Positions 37,946-50,100 of a DNA stretch of 64,000 nt are shown piece by piece. The notes under the pieces were generated by a model. It was given only the letters and a program-made list of their open reading frames with translations. It had not been told where the DNA came from and made no database searches. Source of the stretch: Anolis carolinensis (taxonomy: Eukaryota); the NCBI RefSeq assembly GCF_035594765.1, contig NC_085843.1, positions 108,105,971 to 108,169,970 on the forward strand, in the 5' to 3' direction. Every line of letters starts with the position of its first letter. Within the stretch, counting starts at the first letter, position 1. Made by a program: the position numbers and the translations under genes.

Positions 37946-40639
37946 TTCAAACACATGTTTTGTTTTCTAACACATGTGCTGATACAGACCCTCTTTACTA
38001 CAAAAACATGCTGCCATAAGTTCACAGATGGAAATGGACTGCTTGGATGGCATAGGTTAGAAGAAAGGATGACAGAATTATTATATATACATATTGGGTT
38101 AGATTTAGAGTTAGTCATGTGTTGGAAGGGCCTTGCCATGGAAATGGGCAACTCAGTCAAGTATGAGCCTCACTGGTTTGGACAGTGGCAGCTGGTGGCT
38201 CCCCCACTGCAGGGGCAGTGAGTCCCTGGTTTGCATTCACTCTCCCAGCAGCTGCTCTTGAGTTGAAAAAAAGCCCCCACCCCCCAAGTGTCAAACCTCC
38301 AAGAACAGGAGGCCAACAATGTCAGAGCACAATGTCAGAGCTACTCTTCACGAGTAATGCACAGATATCTACATCAACACAAAGCAGCAATGTATGTACA
38401 TATGCAACTCTTTATAATTCCTCAAAAAAGATGTCACTCAATTATAATTCCTTCAGTTCTTAAATTGAGTTTACTTAGAAGTAAATGTCTTTAAACTGTG
38501 TAACAAAAAGTAAATTTTGTACTTTAGAAGCATCTATAGAAACAGTTCATATCAAATTATAATATTCCAATAAAGGGATATAATGTTCCAACAAAACAAT
38601 GAGTTTGTAGTCTCTTAGTAACAGCCATAAAGAAAGGCATTAGAGAGACAAATGTGTCTGTGATAATCATGGAGCTGTATTTTGGTCATAAGTTTGTATC
38701 TAGCCATAGCTTAGGAATGAGTCAAAATGTTATATGCAGATCCAAAACAACAGCTTCTGTGTAGAGGTGCTTCATGCAGATCACAACTCTAAGCACAAGC
38801 ATGACAAGTTCTCCTTAGTTGTTCCCCTTGTTTCGCTTCAACTTCTTCAGGTATTTGGACTTTCTCTATATTGTTGTACTTCAAAAGTAGACAACTCCCA
38901 AAATAATTTCTGTTGGTAACCTTGGCTCTGTATTTGTGGAGTTCTATTACAAGCCAACAGAAATTACTGAAGTAGTAAATAGGTTTGCTTTGTGAGGTTA
39001 GTGTAGCCTTACAAACAAACCTATTAGTCTACTGATTCCTGATTATGACACTGTGGTTAAGCTACTGTACTATGATTTTTTTCATTTTGAATTTGCTGTT
39101 GCTTTCAATCTTTTAAGATGCCATGGGCAATTCACACTTTGTCTTAGTTTCACTTTCCAGAAAAATAATGGGGAGCAGAGGGATAATAATAGTGAGTCAA
39201 CCTATAGGGCTGTTGTAAGGACAACATGCATGGTTGAACACTGGAAATCATTATATACATTTTAACCCTATTTATTACTCACATAAGTTTTTAGCTGTTG
39301 TAGGTAGAACAAGAGTATGGAACTACTCTTGTTGAACTATGCCTCCAAAGACCAGGCTTCAATTTCTGGCTCAGCAATGGAAACCCACTTTGTGGTCTTG
39401 GGCATACCACACACATCTCAGCACCAGAAAACCTTGTGATAGATTTGCCTTAGAGTCACCATAAATCAGAGATGACTTCAAGGCAAACAATAGGGGAACA
39501 CATAGCTGGCACAATCCATATAATCTCCTATGCTCTTTTACTGTCTTCTAGGTGGCTGGACTTAAGTTGCCTTTGCCATTGCCTCTGACGTCACTGAAAT
39601 TTAGCTGAAGTGCTGCAAAAATGTGTAACTCCCCTTTAAAAACATACTTTTCACTTTAAATACAGTCACATTTCTTTTTCTATTTTCAACTCTTTAAAGC
39701 ACAAATTCCAAGAGTGTGACTCCACTTCTAAATGAGACACATGGAAAAACTACTTCACATTGAAATAAAACATGGAAGTTTAAAAATGATATTAAGGATT
39801 TTTAAACTGCTGCACTTCTCAAAGTGAAAAAAAACTGGCAAGGGATGGCACAGTCATGGGTGGGTTCCCTGGGAAGACTGCTTCCTGGACAGCAAAAAAT
39901 TGTCCACAAATATGTAGGGCTCATGATTTTCAGTGAAAAGGGGAATACTGCTGTGATTTTAAATACAGGTCTATAAATCTAATATCCTTTTGTTGAATAA
40001 ACCAGATTCCATGTTACCTTTTGGTTTCAGCTAAATAGTATGTGTCTCTGGAAGAGAACTGAGGTAATCAGCTCAAAAGATTTACTTAAGTCATATATCT
40101 GAAAAGGATTGAACACACAACAAACTGTGTTATGCTATTGATGATTACTGTGTAACCTCTTATTAAAACACGAAGAGGATAAAACTGGGATTACTTTCAC
40201 TGGCCAAGAGTTTTAAGATGCTCAAATCTAATACCCAAAAGTGCTTATTACCAATATCTGTTCCTTGGTTTTGTTTTTGCTTTAAAGAAAGCGTTTCATT
40301 CTAACTTAGAACAGAAAACAGTTGCTTGGCATAACAGTACATTCATATAAATGTGTTAAGTCAGTATTTTCAATCAGGCTGCAGAACAAAAGGGAGATTA
40401 AGAAACAGAGTTCGGTTGGATTTCTTCTAGCTACTCTGGATTCAACTGCAATTTTATTCATGAATGAGTAACAACTAATATTCAACAGTACTGCACCTGG
40501 TACTAGCAATTATTTTGGGAAGCCAAAATCAAATTGCTAGCGCCAACCACAACAAACTGAACTGACAAAGCCTTAAAAACTTGTTTTTTTCAAGCTACCT
40601 TTGACTGAGGTGAACAGTTGATTGAGTCCCAACCTGTTC

Positions 40640-40990
40640 CTATAGCACAGTCTTTTGTTCCTTATCACGGATGGCCATGATTAGCTCTCCTAATTCGCTG
40701 CACGATTGAAATTACCTCTCCACCAAGACTATGGACTGAAGTGCCATGTTATCGCCTCTTTTAATAGCCATGTTTTTACTCTGTTGAAGCTGTGCTATTG
40801 ATCTGTGTTATGTATTTTATATTGTTGTATTTTATACTATTGTGATTGTTATGTATTTTATATTGTTGTATTTTATATTGTGTATTTTATTGTATGTTGT
40901 TGGGCTTGGCCCCATGTGAGCCGCCCCGAGTCCCTTTGGGGAGATGGGGTGGGATATAAAAATAAAGTTATTATATTATTATTATTAATT
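40640..40990 (+). mobile_element. L2-type 3' UTR fragment (similar piece at ~57845-58117)
   Basis: GTGAGCCGCCCCGAGTCCC...GGGATATAAAAATAAAG(TTA)n terminus. Confidence 0.6.
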
Positions 40991-41669
40991 TACTTAAAAG
41001 TTTGATCATCATTCAACATGCAGTGAGCCTATAATATATGGGACTTGTTTGTGGATAAATTGCTGGAATTTGTCATATGATCGTTGGTATCTTATCAGAG
41101 ATTGGAACAGGGTAGGATCTTCTGAAAAGGGTAGAATTTCAGGTAAATAATGCAGACATCTCAAGGCGAATCCATTAGATCTACATGTTGCCTCACCATT
41201 CAACATTGACTGACTGGGTCTACTCTAGTTGGGACTAATATGGATATAAAAGATCAGAATTTAGGTATGCCCTCAAATGCCAGTTGCTAGGAAGCAGGAG
41301 GTTAACGCAGCATTAATATATCACTTGTGATACATATCTGGTTGGCTATCGTGGGAACAAGATCTTGGACCAAAAAGATCTTGGTTTGATCCAGACTGGC
41401 TCCTAACTATGACACTGCACCTCTTCCCTCTGGGCCTCTGATAAAGTTTCTTACCATTTATTCCACCCATCAGAGTGGTGAATACTTTGTATGAAACATC
41501 AGTGATCAGTTAGAAAACTATGTCCTTGTAAAGAACAGTCAAATAAATATTTTGAAGCTATGATGGTTACCTTGAAAGTTTAAAATTTGCTTCATAAGAA
41601 AAATGAATGTTACCTTTTTCAGGAAGCTGAACTGTGGATGTTAATGTGCTGTACAAGTACTTCATGCCA

Positions 41670-43269
41670 TTTTATTCTCAAAGCCATCATGTGAAGTAAG
41701 TGTGACTAAACCAAGTTAACTGGTTGAGCTTCATAGAACATTAAGTCACACCCATTTTTCAAAGAACCCGTTCTTTGTGAGTACATCTAATTCGAATCTA
41801 TAGTATATTTGGTGAAAACTACTGATAAATACATCATGACTGGCACAAATCCCACTGATACCGAGGTACTCGAGGTACTTTAGCTTTGAATCCTGGCATA
41901 TAGCTACCACATTAAGATTCCTCACAATGTAAAAACTCACAAAAATTATAGCATTGCTTATATAATATCCTTCATGTGGCCTTCCTATTTTGTAGGCCAA
42001 AGTCTGCTTCACAGACACACTTGCGTTAAACTTAAAAGATGACAAGAAGTGTTAAAGATAATATAGAACAAAAAGAACTGTTTTGAAACAAAAACAAATC
42101 TGGAGCTGTTTGTCTACGATCAGGTTTGGCTTCCATGAAAAGTTGTTTGTAAAGGCAAAAATAATAAAGTTTCTTCATCAAGATATGAAAGATTAAACCT
42201 CTGAGAGGGGAAAACAGCATAAAATGCAGTGCTTCTTCTTCTTGTAAAGCAATTATAAGATATATTGTAAGATGGAATAATATGGAATAATATTACGCAA
42301 TACCCAATTCTTCAAACAAACAGAAAGGAAATCTGATTTAATGATGCATATGTATATATTTTAATGTACCTAAACATCACACAGAAGTTGGAGTTCACTG
42401 GCAATGGCTTCTATGGTTTTACCATCAGATTTAAAAAGCTGGTTTTACACTGCAGTAGTATTTTGAAGAAATTCCTGAGACTCATTTCTAAAAGCAAAGA
42501 TGTCATAAAAAGAGAAAAGTACAATCTAAATATTGTACATAAAAATAATTTAACCGGAAGATTCATCTTTCAAAATAGAGTTGTTGCGAAATTGCATGTA
42601 GACAATAGCTAACATTTTGAGCAAATTACATCATATATTAATGCAACAGCAGCCTCTATGACAATTTTCTCAAGGCATCCAAAACTGGCATCTTTATTTG
42701 GAAACAAAACATAAACAAGTAAAATTGCAAACACCATGGCCATCCAGGCCCTGCAACAATCTATTAAGTATGCTGCTGTCAAAAATAGCAAAGGCAGCAA
42801 CACACCACTGTATAAAAATATGGTTGCATCTAGCACCAACTGAGATAACAATAAATCTTGCATGGAATTACTGAGTTCTATGAATCAAGTGCGCAGCTCC
42901 AGGTCAAGTTTATATTTCCTATCACAGACAGACATGATAGTCTATGTCTTAGGAAAGATTGCTGTGATTGTTAAAAGAATCTAATGGAAGATTTAAAAAA
43001 AATGAAATGCTGAATGCCTAATGAGGGCTAGTTATCAACGAGAATGAATGGATAAGAGCCACCAGGTTGTAAGGATGTCAACAGAGTTGACAGTTTAAAA
43101 AGTAAAAAAAAAATCTGAAAAGCATGTCAATTATGTTGTTGGTTTTTTGACTCCATAAACTATATTCTAGTAAATTTTTCAATTAGGTTTTTTCCCTTCC
43201 AGGCTAGAAAGAGGAAGAATTTAGTCCAGTTATCTCTGGGATAGCCCTTGCAAAAAATAAAGTCCTCTA
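41670..43269 (-). other. probable AKAP17A 3' UTR with candidate AATAAA signals at 42693-42698 and 41671-41676
   Basis: AT-rich, apparently repeat-free stretch after the stop codon; TTTATT on plus strand; true end unknown. Confidence 0.45.
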
Positions 43270-44154
43270 TTACCTACTCCAAGTGCTTCTCTGGTGGCTC
43301 AAAGATCTCTTCCGGTATTTTTGTTTCTTACCCACACTTTTGTGGCCATGGCTACGTCCTCTTTTATCCTGCTCTCTGTTTCTACTAGAGGAGCGTTGAT
43401 ATTGTGCATGTTCTCGACTTGAACCTCTCTGGTGAGGACTGCTATTTTTTGTGGAGCATTTTTTATGGAGGCGCCTTTCTTTTCTGAATTTTTCATCCTC
43501 ACTACTCAAGTCTCTTCTATGCCTACTTTTTTCTGTTTTGTCTTTGCTGTGATGGTTCTGTGTGTCTCTGTACAAGTGACTCCTTCCCTTGCTGGGTTCT
43601 ATGTTACACTTGTCTTGTTCTGGTATGAGGTCCTTTTTGTAGATATTCAGCTCATGATCTGATGAACTCCTATGCTGCTGATTTGGTGTTATACATGTAA
43701 GGACACATGTAGCACTTTCATCAAAAACTGTTTCTCTGTCACTGATATTAACCTTAGGGTCTTTGAGAAGAACTTTTTCATGAAGGCTCCCATTTAAATA
43801 CTTGGGCTGAGAATCCAGATCTTCATTAGCTGCTATGGTGCTCTGAGACATCAACACTGGTTTAGCCAAAATGGGAGGAACTGAGGTAGGTTTGAAAGAC
43901 TGAGGAACACATGGAAGGGTTTTCAAAGGGGTACTAGGTAAAGTCTTTTTAAGATGTATTGTTTCTATTTTCTTGTTCAGAAGATTACTTAATAGTTTCT
44001 CACGCAACTCCCTCTCTTTCCTCTGCAGTCCAAGAGCTCTCTCTTTTTCTTCCTCTACTCTTCGGAGTTCAGCTTCCTGCAGTTTCCTCCTATCTTCTAA
44101 TTGCTGAATGCGGACTTTTTCTTCACTGTGCTCCTGTTCCAAAAGTTTTATTGC
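43270..44154 (-). CDS. AKAP17A: AKAP17A last coding exon (885 nt to stop), R/S/K/H-rich tail
   Basis: ORF 43270..44142 extended to acceptor ttttctttctcttag|GCA ATA AAA; ends STWSR-TAA. Confidence 0.92.
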   Translation of the reverse strand, partial: AIKLLEQEHSEEKVRIQQLEDRRKLQEAELRRVEEEKERALGLQRKERELREKLLSNLLNKKIETIHLKKTLPSTPLKTLPCVPQSFKPTSVPPILAKPVLMSQSTIAANEDLDSQPKYLNGSLHEKVLLKDPKVNISDRETVFDESATCVLTCITPNQQHRSSSDHELNIYKKDLIPEQDKCNIEPSKGRSHLYRDTQNHHSKDKTEKSRHRRDLSSEDEKFRKERRLHKKCSTKNSSPHQRGSSREHAQYQRSSSRNREQDKRGRSHGHKSVGKKQKYRKRSLSHQRSTWSR

Positions 44155-47100
44155 CTAAGAGAAAGAAAATATAACTTAATTCCTGTCTTTATATGAAAAA
44201 CATTTTCTCTGTAACAAAGACTTTCATACATAAAGAATTGCTGAAAAGAAGAAAAATTCATAAAGATAGTCTATAGGGGAGAGAGAGAGAGAGATTCCTT
44301 GATTACACAACCCAAATAAAGCATTTTTTCCTTGATGTCTTGGTTTTTAGGCCTGTTTCTGTGGTATCAGATCTGTGGCACTCACTCCCATCAGTTTGCA
44401 TATAGAGTCAACAGATCAACAGAGAACATCATAACCATCACACTTCACTGCTCTCACTCACCTGGAACTATGGGAGAACTATGTGAAGATGCTTTTTGCA
44501 GACTTAAGTTCCACGTTTAAAACAATCCTCCAACACATATTGGTGTTTAAACTCATGGATCTTGGATTGTCATATTCAATCTGTTCCTGGATGGACTTTT
44601 TGTTTGGATGTTCCCAGAGGGTTAGATTAGGTAATCATACCTCTTCAGCTCTCACTCTCAACACTGGGATGCCATAGGGCTCTTGAGTCCTCTGCTTTAC
44701 ACTTTGTACACATATGATTTCATCCCCGTCCACCATAACAATATCATTAGCAAATCCACTGATGATACAACCATTGTGAGGCTTGTATCTGAAGGGGATG
44801 AGTCTGCTTATCGGGATGAGGTGCATTGGCTGCTCTCATGGTGCAGGGACAATCATCTGTTTCTTAACATCAATAAGACCAAGGAACCCCATGGATTACA
44901 GAAAGAACATACCAGAAATCCAGCCCTTAGTCATAAATAAGGACCAAGTAGAGAGGGTGGCCAGTTTTAAGTTCCTGGATGTCACTGTTAAGGAGGATCT
45001 GACCTGGGGCATCCATATGGCAGTGTTGGTTAAGAGGGCCCAGCAGAGACTGTACTACCTGAGACTTCTAAGGAACCAACAACAAAATGAAAAACTGCTG
45101 GTGATTTTCTACTTCTGTGCTATGGAGAGTGTCCTAACCTTCTGCATCTGTGCGTAGTTTGCGTAACTGCACAGTGGTAGATAGGAAGGCACTCCAAAGG
45201 GTCACCACTTCTGCACAGAAAATCACTGGTTGCCCTCTCCCCTCTCTGGAAGACCTTTATAGGTCCCATAGCCTTAAGAAAACTCAGAGCTGTGATGCCT
45301 AGGGCACCTTTGGCCCTGGACCCTGTGCCATTTCCTGACCAGGATGAAGAAGATTTGGGTTTTCTCCCAAGTCAGCAAGTTTCGACACCCTTCCAGATGC
45401 CTCATGTTGACATTTCCAAGCTAGAGCCAATTAAGAATGCCCTTGAAACAATGCCGGCTCTCCCAGATTCTCCAAAAAACTTGGCGTTTGATCGTAGGGC
45501 ATTTGTATATTCAGACAGATCAAACAGACAGAGCCTCCGGAGAAGCGCCAGATTAGCGGAGCGTGGTGACTATGGTTAAGCCCAGTTCTCTTGAGAAGAA
45601 TTGAGGAGTTAGACACCTGGTGTAATAACTGTAACAAGCTCTTGGAAAGTTTTAGGGAGTTAGGCACCTGGTTTGGGGGAGCTTATGAACTTCAATAAAA
45701 GTGTTGTGTTGAGAACTTGCCTTTGTGGTGACAACTTTACATCTCACTGAGAAACATCATCGTCTCCAGCTCCTGGATTTCCAGGCAGCCTGACGGTGCA
45801 CTTACTCTTGAGTAGACCGGGCGCCGGTCTACCTCCTTGCCAAGTTTGGACTGCATTTCAGCTCCAGAACATCTAGTTCCTGCCTTGCCCTGAAACCCTG
45901 TTTTTGGACATTTATTCAAGAGAACTCTTCTTGCTTCTTGCTCTTTTCTCCACTCAAAACTCAGGCGGAGTTTGAGTGTGTTTTGGTTTCTGGATTTTGA
46001 ACTCTAATACTGGACATAAGACTTTTACTTATTGGACTAACTTTGATCTTTTCTGAAAGGTCAATTGCTTCTACAACTTTGCTGCTTATTTTCTTTTGGA
46101 ACTTTACTTGCTTTAATAAAGATATATTGTTATTGGTCTTTGTGTTGGGTTTTCGATGCTCCAGCTGCCTAGGGCGTAACAAGAGCATTCTTGGGGATCC
46201 ATCTCATCCAGCATATTCCCTTTTTGAATTACAGTAGAGTCTCTCTTATCCAACGTAAACGGGCCGGCAGAACATTGGATAAGCGAATATGTTGGATAAT
46301 AAGGAGAGATTAAGGAAAAGCCTATTAAACATCAAATTAGATTATGATTTTATAAATTAAGCACCAAAACATCATGTTATACAACAAATTTAACAGAAAA
46401 AGTAGTTCAATACACAGTAATGCTGTGTTGTAATTCCTGTATTTACAAATTTAGCACCAAAATATCACGATGTATTGAAAACATTGACTACAAAAATGCG
46501 TTGGATAATCCAGAATGTTGGATAAGCGAGTGTTGGATAAGTGAGACTCTACTGTATTACCATCTGGCAGACAGTACAGGGTAGCAAAGGCAAGGACAAA
46601 CAGACTGAGAGACAGCTTTTATCCTGGAGCTGTAACTATACTGAACACCATGGTTTCACACTGATGTGGCATTGGGGGCTGTGCGGTAGTGGTAGGATTG
46701 TGGAGGGATGGGTGTTTTGTTTTGTGATATGTGCTTGGGAAAGGATTTAATTTTATTGTACAATGTACATCAAGTTATTTTATTATGGTATTTGTGGTGC
46801 TGATTCAGAAAATTGCATTAGATAGACTGCATCAGTTCTAGTTTCTTAGATAAAGGTTATCATGGTTTTCTATGGGCAAGCAGATGAAGACTGGTAGATG
46901 GCATTTGTTCTCTACCTCAAAAGCTGGAGTTGATAGGGGGAAACTGATATCATTTTTGGAATCAGCAGGTCAAATATACCCAGAAGGGCTAACATTAGAG
47001 GCACCAAAATGTGTGTTGGCCTGTGTTTCTCATTCAATAGTTCCTGTGAAAAAAGCTCATGGCAGGTCACCATAACAATCAGTCTCAGAAGTCAGGACCG

Positions 47101-50100
47101 CTGCTAAAGAAGTCTAAAAAAACTGGTGAAGCAGAGAGCTAGGATGCTAAGTACGGCAAAGCTATACATGAAATCTTCCTCAAAACAAACCAAAACATGC
47201 AATTTATAGCTAATATTGAGCTTCTGCATACTTGAACATGCTCCAAAGGCTGCAAGTAGGCCATGGATTGCTCCATAAATGTGCCAGTGTCAGGCACCAA
47301 TGGCTTGTTGGAGAAACTAAGGCAACAGTGTTGCAAAGAGGTGGAAAGCCTTCATGCTCCAGGCTCTTTGTCATCAGTCTCAGCCATAGATGTTCATTTA
47401 TTTTCTACAGATCAGAGCCCAAGGTTGAATTTAACTAATTGGTTAAACACATATTTCTTGTCAAACAGAAAGGCTGGCTGGATTGTTAGCCCAGAAACAT
47501 GTCCAAGCTGAAACCAAATCCATTTTAAAAAGTTTTAAACTGAAATTTTAAACCACAAAATATTGTAAGATTATAAAAACAGAGAAATATCAACAATTAA
47601 AATCAAACAGCTTCTTTCACGTGGTTCTAATTCAGTTCTTATACCTCAAGCATATTTAACTTTACAGTTAATCTGTAATGGAAAATGACAGATATTAATG
47701 GAGCTCAAAGTGGAGGAACACTGAACTGACCAGAGTAATTGATTTTACAAGCTGGCACCAGGGCTACAATACGTACAGTATAATACAATACAGAGTGCAG
47801 GCAAGTTAGCAGATATTGATGTAGTCCTTCAAATAATATGGACTCTCATGGCTTTGAAGTTTAATATCAGCACTTTAAATTATGCTATAGATGCATTTTG
47901 TACCAGTTCAGGCATTAGAGCACTAGATAACTGAAACAAATTCTGGTTTCTCCAGCCATAGTGCTATTGATGAATTCTAAAACAACATGAACTGAGCTGG
48001 CAAATTATATAACTACTGAAGAGAATAACTGCCCCTGAAAGCAGACATTTTTGTCCTATGTAGAAACAGACACACATCCTATTGTGTAATGTTGCTGTTC
48101 ACTGTGCATGTGTAGATTTATGCATGGTACAGGATATCCAACAAAGTGTCAAAAATATCAGTTGGTATGCATTTTTTCAAACTATTTCACAAATCATAAT
48201 TTTCTACTTACAGTTTTAAAAATTACTACCATATATACTCGAAGATAAGCCAAGTTTTTCAGCCCTTTTTATGAGCTGAAAAAGCCTCCCCCGGCTTATA
48301 ATCGGGTCAAGCCTGGCAGCGGAAACTGGAGGCAGTTACTTGCAATATATGATATATTTATCTCTCATCTTACCCTCCCTTATCAGTGTTTACTTTTCCA
48401 AAGCCTCCCTAGCTCTTAACCAAGGGAATGTTTTGAAAAGAGAAAGAAGCCCTTGCAAGTCAGGAAGAAGAATATATATATATATATATACCCATTAATT
48501 GTATAAAAGCATTTTCCCTGAAATATTTGTTAATCTCTGCTACAAATAGGCATTTCTCCCTGCAAGCCTTTGCAATCCCAATGTACCCTTATATTTGTAT
48601 CTATCTATCTAAATAAATTTTATATATGATTTCCCCCTCATGTGTTTGCAAGTCTTTGCAAATCCTATATACATATAGAGATTTCCATGTACCTGTATAT
48701 CTGTATCTATGTGTATACATTATGTTATATATGAATTTTTGCCTCACATGATTGCAAGTCTTTGCAAATCCTATACAGATATAGTTATCTATATATAGAG
48801 AGATGTTTAGATAGATATATATGAATATAGATATATAGGTCTTGCAAATATTGTAGGGGAAATGCACACACACACACACACATATAGATTTCTAGATAGA
48901 TACAAACAAACATATAGGGCTTGCAAATATTGCAGGAGGGAAATGTATATATATATATATATATTTGCAAACATTTCAGGGGAAATGCATATGTGAAATT
49001 AGTATATATAATTATAGATCTATATCTAGCTCTGCATTGTTTATGTAGGCATTGAATGTTTGCCTGTTACTATGTTGGAAGCTGTCCTGAGTCCACACGG
49101 GGAGATAAATAGGGAGGGATACAAATGAAGATTATTATTATTATTAAGTTAATACCATATTGTTTTTGTTGACCCTACTTTTCCACTTACAGAGCTAGTT
49201 TACTGTTTTTCTTTGAAATACGGTAAATATTCAAAAACCTTTAAACTACTGGTGCCTCAATATAATTTCATTGGGATCTATTTTCATTTTGAAATTTACC
49301 AGTAGCTGCTGCATTTTCCACCCACGGCTTATACTCAAGTCCGTAAGTTTCCCCAGTTTTTTATGGTAAAATTAGGTGCCTTGCCTTATATTATGGTTGG
49401 CTTATACCCAAGTATATATGGTATATTCTATTGGAAACAGGCCCCTCAAGTTAAGTTACCTTTGCTCTGCTCAGCAGTTCGGCAATTAGTCGAATGGACT
49501 GAAGATTTCTTTGAGCTAAAAGAAGCTTCCTCTCTTCAAGTTTTATTTTTTCTTGCAGTCTTCTTTGCTCTTCAGCTTGTATTTTTTCAAGTCTTTTTTT
49601 GTTTCTACGAATTTCACGATCCTTTTGTTTTTGCTCTCTTTTCCTCAATTTTTCTTCTCTCTTTTTCTCTCTTTCTAATTCCTCAAGTTCTTTTTGTTTT
49701 CTAAAGAAGAAAATGAAATCAATCACTAGAGGTCTAGCTTCTGAATTTAACTGAATGATTAGAAATGTACAAATCATTTCTCTCCACAAAATCTCAACAG
49801 CAGATAAACATTCGTAGTTCATTATACACTAGCCTAACTCTTTTATAAATCAATGACCCAAGAAATTTACAAAATGCCTGAGGTGGCAATTTTCACTCCA
49901 CTTATGAAATAAAATTCCAAAAATACAAACAACTCCACCACAGATTATGTGTTACTGTTAGCTCAGGATTTATTCAAACTGCATTGCAAACCTCACTAAT
50001 GCAATATCAAATTGATTTCAAAAGAACAGGTTTTATTAGTGGTATGTATAAAAGCTTTCTCCATAAATTGTTGTATTTTCTTAATTTATTTTACTATCAG

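Larger units (their letters stand above)
44360..46650 (+). mobile_element. degenerate Rex1/Babar-type LINE (RT region), interrupted by a solo LTR and a MITE
   Basis: HQFAYRVNRSTE, YVKMLFADLSSTFKTI, LSPLLYTLYT, STDDTTIV...DESAYRDEV, KRAQQRLYYLR; frame resumes across both insertions (KKTQS|ILGDPSHPAYSLFE|LLPSGR). Confidence 0.8.
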
